This document shows, piece by piece, positions 13,623 to 23,828 of a stretch of DNA of 36,691 nt. The position numbers and the translations under genes are program-made. The notes beneath the pieces are model-generated. The model made no database searches, was not told the DNA's origin, and saw only the letters and a program-made list of their open reading frames with translations. Each line of letters opens with the position of its first letter. Position 1 is the first letter of the stretch. The DNA is taken from positions 1-36,691 of the IMG/VR virus record IMGVR_UViG_3300045988_165663, one strand, 5' to 3'. Source of the stretch: a virus.

Positions 13623-14909
13623 ATGAGTGTAGGAAAGCAATTAAGCTTATTTGACTTTATCGAAAACCCTTTTGGTGTGATAGATACTAATCAAACCACT
13701 AACACAGATTCTATTAAAAACCTTAATGCTTGCATCCCTTACAAAGGAAGCAAGAGAAAGATTAGCCACTTGATACTACAAGAGCTAAGAAACCATGCTC
13801 CACAAGCGAAATATTTTTATGATATGTTTGGCGGTGGTGGTGCAATGGCTTTAAACGCGCATTTTAACGGATACAAGACTCACTACAATGAGCTAGATAT
13901 AGACGTGTATGTGTATATGAAGTTTCTAATATCCCGGCTACAAAATAAAAAAGGTAAATATGGGATTTTGCCTGATGAGTGGTATAGGTTTATTACAAAG
14001 GCAGAATTTGACAAGATTAAGGCAGACAAAACGCCGAGCGCATATAGAAGCTTTGTTTTGCTTAATTACAGCTTTGCTAATGATTGGAATACCTACTTTT
14101 GCAATAAAGAAAAAGAGCTATTCAAACAAAAAGGGCATTATCTATTGCTAGACAACGACAAAGAGTGCGCAGAGTGGTGGGATAATCACTTTAAAGAGAA
14201 TGGAAGCGTAGCAGGCATATATAATCATTTGCATAGTGAGATATATCCTAGCCTTAACTGGAGAGAGCGGAGAGCTTATTTTGTGAATATAACCCTTAAG
14301 ATAGAAGCAATAAGAGTTGCAGGGATAGCGTATTTATTTCAAAAGAAAAGCAACGCGGATACATACAAGGCAGTTAAGGATATATCACAAAAAGACTTAT
14401 GCAGGCTTATAGATAAACATAATCCGGATTTACCTAAGAAAAACTACAAAGGAACACAAGGCAAAGGATTAACCGAGCTTAAGCAATTACAGCGATTAGA
14501 GCAATTACAGCAATTACAGCAATTACAGCAATTACAGCAATTACAGCAATTAGAGCGATTACAGCAATTAGAGCGATTAGAGCTAATCACACACACGAAT
14601 CTGGATTATGCAGAAGTAAAAATAAGCACTCCTCCACAAGACACAATCATATATGCAGACCCGCCTTATTCAAATACTAGCGAGTATAAATTGTGTGGAA
14701 ATAGCTTTGATTATGAGCGATTCTACCAGTGGTGTATAGACAAGGCAAAGCAAGGGTATTATGTTTTTATAAGCGAATATAATATGCCACAAGATAGGTT
14801 TAAAGAGGTATGGAGTAAGGATACTTTAGCAAATTTTAACACTATCAAAAAAGATTGTGGTGCAAGAGTAAGACCACAAAGAGTCGAGCGTCTTTTTATG
14901 GTGCGTTAG
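13623..14909 (+). CDS. DNA N6-adenine methyltransferase, Dam/D12 class (orphan), with an internal (QLQ)n repeat linker
   Basis: N-terminal motif IPYKGSKRK and a C-terminal DPPY motif (IIYADPPYSNTSEY). Between them lies LKQLQRLEQLQQLQQLQQLQQLQQLERLQQLERLEL, encoded by 9-bp tandem repeats. Confidence 0.85.
   Translation: MSVGKQLSLFDFIENPFGVIDTNQTTNTDSIKNLNACIPYKGSKRKISHLILQELRNHAPQAKYFYDMFGGGGAMALNAHFNGYKTHYNELDIDVYVYMKFLISRLQNKKGKYGILPDEWYRFITKAEFDKIKADKTPSAYRSFVLLNYSFANDWNTYFCNKEKELFKQKGHYLLLDNDKECAEWWDNHFKENGSVAGIYNHLHSEIYPSLNWRERRAYFVNITLKIEAIRVAGIAYLFQKKSNADTYKAVKDISQKDLCRLIDKHNPDLPKKNYKGTQGKGLTELKQLQRLEQLQQLQQLQQLQQLQQLERLQQLERLELITHTNLDYAEVKISTPPQDTIIYADPPYSNTSEYKLCGNSFDYERFYQWCIDKAKQGYYVFISEYNMPQDRFKEVWSKDTLANFNTIKKDCGARVRPQRVERLFMVR
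14483..14584 (+). repeat. 9-bp tandem repeat (CAATTACAG / CGATTAGAG), about 11 units, in frame within the methyltransferase gene
   Basis: Read directly: cagcaattacagcaattacagcaattacag... Confidence 0.85.
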
Positions 14910-14956
14910 AATTATGCTAATAGTATTTCATGAAACAAACATAAGAGGTTAATCAA

Positions 14957-15532
14957 ATGGCTAAGCCTTTAAATAAGAATATGGAAACAATAGCTACTAA
15001 ATACCAAACGGGGCAGTATGGGATTAATGAGTTAGCTAGAATGTATAAGGTAGATAAATCCACTATAAGCCGTTATATAAAGAGGCATAATATAACAATA
15101 AATCAACACGCAAAAGATGCTATAAGCCACTTAACACAGGGGCTTAATGAGTTTAACGAAATTTGCAATGGCAACACTTTGAGTCAACAGAGTCAACACT
15201 TAAGCGTTTCAGAGATAGAGAATGCACATAAGAACTCGGTTAATCTAGCTAATGAAGTTATAGAGATTGTTAGAGAAAAGAATCCGCAATTTGCTAAAGG
15301 CTTTCAAGCAATAAGTAGCCTTATATTAAAGAGAAGTGCAGAGTTATTACAAAAAGACGGGGTTACAAGCACGGATATAGCTAACATAAGTAAGGCTATG
15401 GGTAATGTAAATGATACGCTAGGCGTTATCCCTAAATTACCAACAATCGCACAGCAGATTAACATTAATGGTAAAGGTGCAGAAGCAAACAAGCAGGATA
15501 AGAGGATAGATTTAGATATTAAGTTCGTTTGA
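14957..15532 (+). CDS. terminase small subunit (HTH DNA-binding)
   Basis: HTH GINELARMYKVDKSTISRYIKRHN. Immediately upstream of, and nearly abutting, the large terminase. Confidence 0.6.
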   Translation: MAKPLNKNMETIATKYQTGQYGINELARMYKVDKSTISRYIKRHNITINQHAKDAISHLTQGLNEFNEICNGNTLSQQSQHLSVSEIENAHKNSVNLANEVIEIVREKNPQFAKGFQAISSLILKRSAELLQKDGVTSTDIANISKAMGNVNDTLGVIPKLPTIAQQININGKGAEANKQDKRIDLDIKFV

Positions 15533-15533
15533 T

Positions 15534-16805
15534 ATGGAAATAAGCATACCTAAAAAATTTAAGCCCTTATTCGAGGGTGCTTATGATAAATATCGCGTTA
15601 TTGTATATTATGGTGGTCGTGGTGCCGGAAAGAGTGTTACATTAAGCTATTTTGCTATTCTTAAATGCTTGCAGGATAGAATCAGATTCTATATTGTGAG
15701 AAAGGTAGAAAAAAGCAAAGCAAATAGTATCCATAGCCTTATAAAAAGACTATTAAGAGAATCTAACCTATTTGATTATGTAAAAAGCACAAGTATAGAT
15801 AAGATAACCTTTATAAATGGAAGCGAGCTTTTGTTTGATGGTGTAAGCGAGCGTACAATAGACAACATAAGAAGCGCGGATAATATTCGTTATTTCTGGT
15901 TTGAGGAGGCACACGGTTTAAAAGATGATTTGATGCAAGTGCTAATCCCAAGTGTAAGAGCGGATAATAGTCAAGTAATAGTAAGCCTTAATCCACAAAA
16001 AAGCACGGATTACATTTACACGCAGTATATAAAAAGCGAGAATATAGACAATAGCTACAGCATAGCTATTAAGGTTAATTATAACGATAATCCATTTTTA
16101 CCGGAGGTTTTGGATAGAGATAGGCTAAGGGATTTGAAAATGCTACCCCGTGAAGTATATTTACATATATGGGAGGGTGAAACTAACGACTACAACGACT
16201 TAAAGGTGATTAATACAGAGCTAATAGGCTACTTTGACAATAATAAAACCTTTGACTATCGCTACCTAGTGCTTAGCATAGACACGGCTACAAGTGTTAA
16301 GAGCGGCGCGGATTATAGTGCTATAGGTGTATTTGGCTTGCTAGATAGCAAAGAGGTGCATTTGGTGCATATGAACCGAGGGCATTACGATTTTCACACT
16401 CTTTTAAGTGAAATAAAAAATACTTATGAAATAACCAAAGAGCTAACAAAGAGAACGCCTAACCTAATCCTCTTAGAATCCAAAGCAAACGGGTTAAGCG
16501 TTATGCAGGAATTGCAGAGAACCACTAACCTAAGAGTAAAGGGCTTTAATCCAATGAGCGATAAATTAAGCCGCGTCGTTAATGATTTTCTACCCTTTAT
16601 CGATAAGCTTAAGCTACCCATGCAACAAAACATTTACAATTTCTGGATTAATGATTACCTAAGCGAGTGCAAAGGCTTTAGAGCAGACAACAAGCACGAA
16701 CACGACGATATGATAGATTCTACTTCACAAGCACTAGCCTTTTTGTGTAGAAAAACCTTTAACTATGAAAACATAAAAGAAGCATTCTCTGGTCTTAAAA
16801 ATTAG
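15534..16805 (+). CDS. terminase large subunit
   Basis: Walker A VIVYYGGRGAGKS. C-terminal nuclease region with conserved acidic residues. Correct size and position. Confidence 0.9.
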   Translation: MEISIPKKFKPLFEGAYDKYRVIVYYGGRGAGKSVTLSYFAILKCLQDRIRFYIVRKVEKSKANSIHSLIKRLLRESNLFDYVKSTSIDKITFINGSELLFDGVSERTIDNIRSADNIRYFWFEEAHGLKDDLMQVLIPSVRADNSQVIVSLNPQKSTDYIYTQYIKSENIDNSYSIAIKVNYNDNPFLPEVLDRDRLRDLKMLPREVYLHIWEGETNDYNDLKVINTELIGYFDNNKTFDYRYLVLSIDTATSVKSGADYSAIGVFGLLDSKEVHLVHMNRGHYDFHTLLSEIKNTYEITKELTKRTPNLILLESKANGLSVMQELQRTTNLRVKGFNPMSDKLSRVVNDFLPFIDKLKLPMQQNIYNFWINDYLSECKGFRADNKHEHDDMIDSTSQALAFLCRKTFNYENIKEAFSGLKN

Positions 16806-16831
16806 CTAAAATTAAATAAAAAAGGATTCTG

Positions 16832-18313
16832 ATGCCAAAATACTATCCCACAGCCCCAAAGGATAAAATAAAAAACAATATAAGGGCTTTGTATGATTTT
16901 TTTCTAGGTAAAGAGCAACAAAAGCAGAGGCTAGATTTATCCCCTCTTGTTAGCTTTAAAGATTCTTACGATCACAAAGAATGGGAAAAGCATTTTAAGG
17001 ACGGCTGGCAGAACAGCTATGCAAACCTAGGAACTGGCAATAGCCTTATGCAACATTCACAATTTATATTGCAACGCATAGGTTATCCGGAACTAGCAAA
17101 GTTAAGTAGTTGTGATGATATTATCTCAAAGGCTATCGATATTCTTACAAGGGAGTGTTTAAGCAAATGGGGGCACATTAATGTAGAGATAAGCGATGCT
17201 ACTCTAAACGATGAAGCTAGACAAGCAAAGGCTAATGAGATAATCGAATACTTAGAGAATAGGCTAAAAGAGCTAAACCTTAGAAGCCTATTATATACAG
17301 CATGTAAAAAAGCATTTGGATTTGGTGGAGTTGGAATCTACTTTGCTTTTAAAGGTAACCAAGATTTAAGTAAAGAGGTGATTATAAGCAAGGAAACAAA
17401 AGATAATAAGCTAATAGATATACGTGTTGTAGAGCCGTGGTTATTTGCTCCAAGTCAAGTAAATTTCTCTAACCCATTAGAGCAGGATTATATGAAACCA
17501 AAAAGCTGGTATGTAACCGGCGCGGGCATGGTGCATAATAGCAGGCTTTTAACATTTGAGTTTTTTGGAGTAACCGATTTAATTAAGCCACTCTATAACT
17601 TCATGGGTATTAGCCTATGCCAATTAATGGTAGATAAGGTAAAGAGCGCGGATAGTATTAGACAAAGCCTTAGCGATATGTTTTTAAGGTTTAGAACAGC
17701 CGTTATAAAAACCCCCGCGCTTATGAGTGCAGATAAAGAGGAGTTAAAGCAGAGAATAGAACTTATAAATATGAGTGAAAATAACTTTGGAAAACTTCTA
17801 TTAAGAGACGATGAGTCTATTGAAAATGTAATAACTCCCATTAGCGGATATGATAAGATACAAGCACAAGCATACGAAGTAATAGCAGCAGCGGCAGGGA
17901 TACCAATTAATAAGCTATTTGGGCAGACTCCAACTGGTTTAAACAATAGCGGTTTATACGACTTGCAAAGCTTTTACGATACCATTCAAGGCTACCAAAA
18001 CACTACAATACTCCCTCTTATAGAGAAAATCCTAAACATACTTGCCAATGAGATAGGCTTTGAAGGTAATGTAAGCTTTGAGTTTGAATCGCCTATGAAA
18101 CTAAGCGCGCTTGATGAGAGCAACCAAGCAAATACAGAGGCGGACTTTTACACAAAGCTAATAAACGCAGGGGTTATCTCACAAGACGAAGCATTAATAG
18201 AATTGCAGAGAAAGGGCTTTTTAGACAAGAACATCAATGTTAGCGGGGGAGAGGATATAGGCGAGGATATACAAAACGCATTGAACGGGTTAAGTGATTT
18301 AGACAATGGCTAA
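16832..18313 (+). CDS. portal protein
   Basis: 493 aa, directly after TerL and before the MuF-like gene. Acidic C-terminus. Confidence 0.7.
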   Translation: MPKYYPTAPKDKIKNNIRALYDFFLGKEQQKQRLDLSPLVSFKDSYDHKEWEKHFKDGWQNSYANLGTGNSLMQHSQFILQRIGYPELAKLSSCDDIISKAIDILTRECLSKWGHINVEISDATLNDEARQAKANEIIEYLENRLKELNLRSLLYTACKKAFGFGGVGIYFAFKGNQDLSKEVIISKETKDNKLIDIRVVEPWLFAPSQVNFSNPLEQDYMKPKSWYVTGAGMVHNSRLLTFEFFGVTDLIKPLYNFMGISLCQLMVDKVKSADSIRQSLSDMFLRFRTAVIKTPALMSADKEELKQRIELINMSENNFGKLLLRDDESIENVITPISGYDKIQAQAYEVIAAAAGIPINKLFGQTPTGLNNSGLYDLQSFYDTIQGYQNTTILPLIEKILNILANEIGFEGNVSFEFESPMKLSALDESNQANTEADFYTKLINAGVISQDEALIELQRKGFLDKNINVSGGEDIGEDIQNALNGLSDLDNG

Positions 18314-19808
18314 AAAAGATTTACTCACATTAGCTCCCGAAGGCACGGAATACAAATCTACTTCAGGGATTTTTTTTAAAAAAGGTGGCAAGTGGCTCCA
18401 TAAGTTTTACCCAAAGATTAGTGGAGACGTGTTTATAGGGGACTTGAAGTCCGATAGTGATTTTTTTAGCTTAACAAAGCTTGCTTTTTCTGAAGGGCAA
18501 AGAAATTCCGAAAAAGGTGTTTTTTTTACATATAACGACAGGCTTTTAAACCTAGAATACACGGGAGATACAAGATACGGCTCAAGGTTTGTGCTTTATG
18601 CGCGAGATTTAAAAAACTTCAAAGATAAAGAATATCCCCTTTTTGATAAATACGATAACCTACAAAGCTTTTCAAAGTGGGTTAAATCTAATTGTGATTA
18701 TAGAGAGCCAGAGATACAAGATGCAGGCATTGAAAAAATCAATAAAAAAACTTTAAAGGATATGATAACTGATGAGGATTTAAGCCCCTCTGCCGTCACT
18801 GATAAAAAAGAACTTGATTTTTTAGAAAAGCAATTAGAAAACGACAAGGATTTAATAGCAAAAATAGAATCGCAGCCAGCAACAAAAGAAACACAAGCAA
18901 AAGAGCCACAAGCTAAAGAAAATACAAAAACTACAGGTAAAGCTACTACTACAAAGGCTACAAGGCAAGTAAAAGCGCAGGCAAAAAAGCTTAAGCCTAT
19001 TGAGAAAAATATAGGCATAGAGAGAGAATTCAATAAAGCCTTAAGAGAATTTAGCAAGGAAGTATTAAAGAGCGTAAATTACTGGAGTATCGCACAAATC
19101 AATAAATACAAGCGAGGGGATATTACAAACATTAGCAGGGTATTATCCGTTGAATTTAGCGACCTCTTAAGAGTTTGGAATAAAAAAAGCGAGGTGTTTG
19201 CTAAAAAGCTATCCAATGCAATAAACGATAGGATTAAAAACCATGTGGATTTAGGCTTTAAGAATCAGGGTAAAGAGTATATATTAGAAACTCTAAGCAG
19301 AAAATCCGCGCAAGTGTTAAATGCCAACATCTTGCAAAACATAGCATTAATTAAAAGCATACCCAGAGATATAATAGAAAAATACCAAGTCTTGCTATAC
19401 AACAACATCACGGATTTTGACTTACAAGCAACGCAGAAAACAATAACTACATTTGCATCCACAACATTAAAGCGCGCCAAAATCATAGCTAGAGACCAAA
19501 CCGCTAAAGCAATTGAAAACTATGCCATGTCTAGGAGTCAAGATTTAGGCTTTGAGTATTACATTTGGCAAACTGCAAAAGATGAGAGGGTAAGCAAAGG
19601 CAAAGGAGGGCATGATAAACTAGAGGGTCGGATATATAGATACGATACCCCAACAGCCGTTATTGATAGCTATGGAAACAAAGGACATTGCTCACAGCGC
19701 GTAAATTGCAGATGCCTAAGCTCCCCTTTATTCTTAGAGCCAAACCAAACTCTAAAGCTTGTCCGCGATTCTGATGCAGGGGATTATTATGTTTTGGTTG
19801 AAAAGTAA
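18306..19808 (+). CDS. head morphogenesis protein, Mu gpF / SPP1 gp7 family
   Basis: C-terminal region ...ARDQTAKA...YIWQTAKDERV...GHCSQRVNCRCL is typical of the Phage_Mu_F domain. Overlaps the portal stop. Confidence 0.75.
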   Translation: MAKKDLLTLAPEGTEYKSTSGIFFKKGGKWLHKFYPKISGDVFIGDLKSDSDFFSLTKLAFSEGQRNSEKGVFFTYNDRLLNLEYTGDTRYGSRFVLYARDLKNFKDKEYPLFDKYDNLQSFSKWVKSNCDYREPEIQDAGIEKINKKTLKDMITDEDLSPSAVTDKKELDFLEKQLENDKDLIAKIESQPATKETQAKEPQAKENTKTTGKATTTKATRQVKAQAKKLKPIEKNIGIEREFNKALREFSKEVLKSVNYWSIAQINKYKRGDITNISRVLSVEFSDLLRVWNKKSEVFAKKLSNAINDRIKNHVDLGFKNQGKEYILETLSRKSAQVLNANILQNIALIKSIPRDIIEKYQVLLYNNITDFDLQATQKTITTFASTTLKRAKIIARDQTAKAIENYAMSRSQDLGFEYYIWQTAKDERVSKGKGGHDKLEGRIYRYDTPTAVIDSYGNKGHCSQRVNCRCLSSPLFLEPNQTLKLVRDSDAGDYYVLVEK

Positions 19809-19874
19809 TGTTAGTTTTATGTTTGTGCTATACTTTAAGTTTAAATTAATACAAGGGGGTAACAAAGGTTACTA

Positions 19875-21083
19875 ATGGAAAAGATAAGGATAGCAGACGC
19901 TAACACTTCAAAGAGAGAAAAAGACTCTAACGGCTTTTTGATTGTAAAAGACAATCCAATAGCTAAAGCAGGGGTTTTTGATTATCTTTTATCCGAGGTG
20001 TTTTCACAAGTTGAAAAAGACAAAGATAGAATCGTCCGGGTTTGTAGAGAGTTTGAAAACCTAAAGGCTAATAAAGACTCCTTTAAGGGCAAGCCAATCA
20101 AATGGGAGCATTTTTGGGTTGGCAAAGAGGGTCAAACACAAACTGCAGACGGTGCTATTTTTGGCGAGGTGAGAGCGGATGAGCCTTATCTTAAGGCAGA
20201 CCTAATCATATATAACAATGATTTGATAGCTAAAATTGAAGCCGGCGAGGTTGTGGAGTTAAGCCCTGCCTATGAAGCTAATATTGAAGCTATCGAAGGG
20301 AGTTATAATGGCGAAGGTTATTCGTATCTGCAAAAGCTAAAAGAGGTTAATCATTTAGCGGTTGTAGAAACGGGACGCAGTGGTAGCGATTTAAAAATAC
20401 AAGACAAAAAGGGGACTCTAAAAATGAAAGAAACAAAAGGTAGCTTTATCGATAAGCTTATTGCAAAGCTAAAAGATGAGGACACAACACAACAAGCGGA
20501 CTCTAGTGCAGAGGTTATAGAGAAAATCGTAGCAATTGCAGGGGGTGAGGGCAGTGATGATGAGAAGCTTTTAGCTATTATCGAAGCACTCAAGGATTAT
20601 AAAAAAGAGGGTGATGGTGCAGAGCCAAAAGATGAGCCAAAAGAGGGTGATGCAAACGATAATGCACTGGAAGTTAAAGAAAAAGACGAGGACGAGGTAG
20701 AACCAAAAGAGGGCAATATTAACCTTACTCCAGAGGCTTTAACCGAGCTAATCGAAAAAGTAACGGATTCTAAAATCAAAAAGTTACAAGACTCTATGCA
20801 CGCGGATAACCAAAAAGTAGCACAAGCTTACAAAGAGGTATCCAGTGCATTAGGAACGGGCTTTGACTTCACAAGCAAAAGCGCGAGTGATATTTACAAG
20901 TATGGCTATGAAATGCTATCAAAGCAAAAACTCCAAGATTCTATGGACGCTAAAACGGCTTTTTTAGCAATTTCAAATGCCAATGGTATTAATGTGGTTA
21001 ATAGCAATGTAAAGACAAGCGATAGCAGTGCTACAAACGAAGCTTATGCAGAGCTTGACTCTTACTTGAAACTTTATAAATAA
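19875..21083 (+). CDS. scaffold / prohead protease-like protein (DUF2213-like) with acidic low-complexity region
   Basis: Position between the MuF-like gene and the capsid gene. Central KDEPKEGDANDNALEVKEKDEDEVEPKEG acidic segment. Confidence 0.5.
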   Translation: MEKIRIADANTSKREKDSNGFLIVKDNPIAKAGVFDYLLSEVFSQVEKDKDRIVRVCREFENLKANKDSFKGKPIKWEHFWVGKEGQTQTADGAIFGEVRADEPYLKADLIIYNNDLIAKIEAGEVVELSPAYEANIEAIEGSYNGEGYSYLQKLKEVNHLAVVETGRSGSDLKIQDKKGTLKMKETKGSFIDKLIAKLKDEDTTQQADSSAEVIEKIVAIAGGEGSDDEKLLAIIEALKDYKKEGDGAEPKDEPKEGDANDNALEVKEKDEDEVEPKEGNINLTPEALTELIEKVTDSKIKKLQDSMHADNQKVAQAYKEVSSALGTGFDFTSKSASDIYKYGYEMLSKQKLQDSMDAKTAFLAISNANGINVVNSNVKTSDSSATNEAYAELDSYLKLYK

Positions 21084-21101
21084 CATAAGAAAGGATTTAC
21101 T

Positions 21102-21572
21102 ATGCAAAAATCAGTAGGCGCAATGGGTGCAGCTAAACCCGGACAGATTCTAAAAGGCTTGCATTCGAGCTTTTTGCCATTTTCAGCAGTAACAAAAGAT
21201 ACAAGCGTGCGTATAGGTTGCTTTGTGCAATCAGATGGTAAATTTATAAAAGGTGCGAGTGGTAATCAAATCACAGGCAAAATAGTAGGAATTGCTATTG
21301 CTAATGAGTATTTTAGCGGTGTAGAGAATAGCGATGCTTATCCAGCAAATGTAAATGCTACTTTTGCATACCAAGGGTGCATCTCTATTACAACAAGCAC
21401 ACAAGCAAACGCAGGGCAGTATGTATTCTTAAAAAATAGCGATGGCTCTTTGGTGTTTAACGATACAAAAACACTAGCATCACACACATTTACAGGGTTT
21501 AGAGTCGTGTATGGAACGAATGGAAGCGTTACAGAGCCTCAAATTATCGGGGTAGAAGGTAAAGTAGATTAA
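21102..21572 (+). CDS. putative head decoration / small capsid-associated protein
   Basis: 156 aa between the scaffold and major capsid genes. Call by position only. Confidence 0.35.
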   Translation: MQKSVGAMGAAKPGQILKGLHSSFLPFSAVTKDTSVRIGCFVQSDGKFIKGASGNQITGKIVGIAIANEYFSGVENSDAYPANVNATFAYQGCISITTSTQANAGQYVFLKNSDGSLVFNDTKTLASHTFTGFRVVYGTNGSVTEPQIIGVEGKVD

Positions 21573-21589
21573 CAAGGGGGATTTAGGAT

Positions 21590-22612
21590 ATGAGAAAACA
21601 ACATATATATTTGGACAGCGCAAAGCTAGCAGAGGTGCAGGCAGTAGGTGTTTTTAATGGTGTAAAAATGATGGACGCTCAGCCCGGATTTAGCCCAGCG
21701 AACATAAACATGCCAGCGGGCATTCTCTCTCAAGTATCAGTTAATGTTGTAAATAACATTTTGCAACACAGAGCGGGGGACGAGGCTTTAGGTGGCAGAC
21801 AAAGACTTTTAGAGTTTTACCAGCAGGAATACTATGTGCCAATGGTTGAAAGATTAGGAACAACCGTGCCTTATAACGATTATGATGATGCTATAAGCGC
21901 AGGTATTAACCTCTCTTTTGACAAAACCGGGCATTACAGATTCTCAAATAATGTAGTTGTAGGCGAGCTTGAGGAAGCACAATTAAGCGCGGCTAATGTA
22001 AATGCAAGGGATTATATTACTAGTGCTAGTGCTGAAGCCCTTATGATTGAATTTAACCGCGTTGCATTTAACGGCTATGTGGATAACGCAGGCAAAAACC
22101 TAGTATATGGGCTTTTAAATAACCCATCTTTGAATGCATACGAAACCGCATCTAAGAAATTTGCAGAGATGAGTTGGCAGGAATTAGTAGCCTTCTTTGG
22201 GAAAGCAGTTTCAAAGATTAGAACACAAAGTGGTAACAATGTGCAAAGAGGTAGCAAGCTAAGATGCGTTGTATCAGCCAATGCAATAGATTATCTTATT
22301 TACAAATGGACAGAGATGGGCGTTAATGTTTTGGTAGAGCTTAATAAAGCGATGGAAATGCTAAAACTTGAATTTAGCCTTATCCCAGCTTTAGAGCTTG
22401 ACAAAGCAAACGCTAACCAAGATGTGATTTACTTCATTCTTGAAAATAACCTAGGCGGTGTAAGCAACACAACAACACTCGGTTATTCAGAAATTGCTAG
22501 AATGGGTAACGTAGTGGTTGGTAGTAGCTATACCATGCAAAAAATGAGTGTAGGAACTACAGGCGCGGTTGTATTTAAGCCAGCGTTTGTTTTGAGATAC
22601 ACAAACATATAA
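21590..22612 (+). CDS. major capsid protein (HK97-fold, DUF2184-like)
   Basis: 340 aa and follows the scaffold and decoration genes. Strong RBS GGGGGA. Confidence 0.6.
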   Translation: MRKQHIYLDSAKLAEVQAVGVFNGVKMMDAQPGFSPANINMPAGILSQVSVNVVNNILQHRAGDEALGGRQRLLEFYQQEYYVPMVERLGTTVPYNDYDDAISAGINLSFDKTGHYRFSNNVVVGELEEAQLSAANVNARDYITSASAEALMIEFNRVAFNGYVDNAGKNLVYGLLNNPSLNAYETASKKFAEMSWQELVAFFGKAVSKIRTQSGNNVQRGSKLRCVVSANAIDYLIYKWTEMGVNVLVELNKAMEMLKLEFSLIPALELDKANANQDVIYFILENNLGGVSNTTTLGYSEIARMGNVVVGSSYTMQKMSVGTTGAVVFKPAFVLRYTNI

Positions 22613-22631
22613 CACACAAAGGGGGAGCTAC

Positions 22632-22973
22632 ATGCCAATTCTAGTATTAAAAACACAAGGGGGGATTAGCTACCCCTTAGATAATGGCAAATCACTAACG
22701 CTAAGAGGCTATGGACTTATTAACAAAGTAGATTCTAGTGTTTGGAAGGAATGCAAAGAGAAGCATAAGGATACAATCCAGCAAATGATAGAGGACGGAT
22801 TTTTAATCGTTAGCGATAATGAAAACTCTGCTACAAAGAATGCCACAGACGATACTATGCAACAAGTCTTAGATAAGCAAAACAAGGCTATCGAAAACAA
22901 CAAACAAGATATAGTAATCGATGAGGGTGGCAGAAAAAGAAAAATAGGTAGAGTAGGCGTTAAAGAGGGTTAA
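22632..22973 (+). CDS. hypothetical head-tail joining protein
   Basis: Position; RBS AAAGGGGGAG. Confidence 0.4.
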   Translation: MPILVLKTQGGISYPLDNGKSLTLRGYGLINKVDSSVWKECKEKHKDTIQQMIEDGFLIVSDNENSATKNATDDTMQQVLDKQNKAIENNKQDIVIDEGGRKRKIGRVGVKEG

Positions 22974-22983
22974 GGGGTTAGGG

Positions 22984-23406
22984 GTGGAAACAACAACACA
23001 AACAAACCCTTTATATAACCTATTTGTTGAAACATATAAAGAGTTTAAGGGCATAGAATCTAGTGAAGTAATTAATATGTTTCAAAAGATAGGTTGCATT
23101 TATCCAAAATATAAGGATTTGGTAAAAACAAGCGACCTTAACCTATGCGATGCGTATCCCTTTTTTATGCTTACAGCGCATTACCTTTGCATCGAGGGTA
23201 AGGCAGAGGTTGTAGGTATAAATCGCAGTAATGGAGTGGTGTCAAGTAGTAGTATCGATGGTGTGAGTGTAAGCTATGCCACGATGCCATATAAAGACAA
23301 TTTTCAGTATTTCTTTAGCCAGACTCCATACGGGCAGGAATACCTTGCTTACATAAACTCAAATAACATAATGCTATATGTGAATAATGCTAAAGTTAGA
23401 ATGTAA
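22984..23406 (+). CDS. head-tail connector-like protein (DUF4054-like, conserved ...LTAHYL... motif)
   Basis: Size, position and the motif DAYPFFMLTAHYLCIE. Confidence 0.4.
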   Translation: METTTQTNPLYNLFVETYKEFKGIESSEVINMFQKIGCIYPKYKDLVKTSDLNLCDAYPFFMLTAHYLCIEGKAEVVGINRSNGVVSSSSIDGVSVSYATMPYKDNFQYFFSQTPYGQEYLAYINSNNIMLYVNNAKVRM

Positions 23407-23827
23407 AGATTTGCAAAATATCAAGATTGATAAAAAAGCAATAATCAAATTCATGGGTAAAGAGAAGCTAGAAATAGGCTTTTTTGAAACCGCGCGTTAT
23501 CCAAATGGCACATTTGTAGCACAAGTAGCTTATTTTAATGAGTTTGGGACTCTAAATATACCAATGCGTCCTTTCTTTAGAAACGCTATTAATAAGAATA
23601 TAAAAAAGTGGTATGCAACCTTGCAGAATTGTATAAACCAAAATGCTACTCCAAGCAAGGCATTAGCAATTGTAGGCGAGGCAGCAAGGGCAGATATTGT
23701 AGAGAGCATCACAAGCTTAAGAGAGCCTCCTAATGCAGAATCTACTATTAAAAGCAAAAAAAGCACTAATCCGCTAATTGATACCGGCTTAATGCGCAGA
23801 AGTGTAACCTATAAGGTAAAGGGTTAG
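23387..23827 (+). CDS. virion morphogenesis protein, Mu gpG-like
   Basis: GFFETARYPNGTFVAQVAYFNEFGTLNIPMRPFFRNAI resembles the Mu G family signature. Confidence 0.5.
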   Translation: MLKLECKDLQNIKIDKKAIIKFMGKEKLEIGFFETARYPNGTFVAQVAYFNEFGTLNIPMRPFFRNAINKNIKKWYATLQNCINQNATPSKALAIVGEAARADIVESITSLREPPNAESTIKSKKSTNPLIDTGLMRRSVTYKVKG

Positions 23828-23828
23828 A

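Noticed and set aside
14483-14584. Possible CRISPR array or other non-coding tandem repeat
   Set aside because: The 9-bp units are contiguous with no spacers and lie in frame inside the methyltransferase CDS. The periodic region in the Cys gene is likewise coding. No repeat-spacer architecture exists anywhere in the window.
18370-18537. Two T8 tracts (18370..18377 and 18530..18537) in the MuF-like gene
   Set aside because: Poly-T/A runs of 8 are expected by chance in a genome this AT-rich. They encode Phe-Phe-Lys-Lys in frame and there are no signs of frame disruption.
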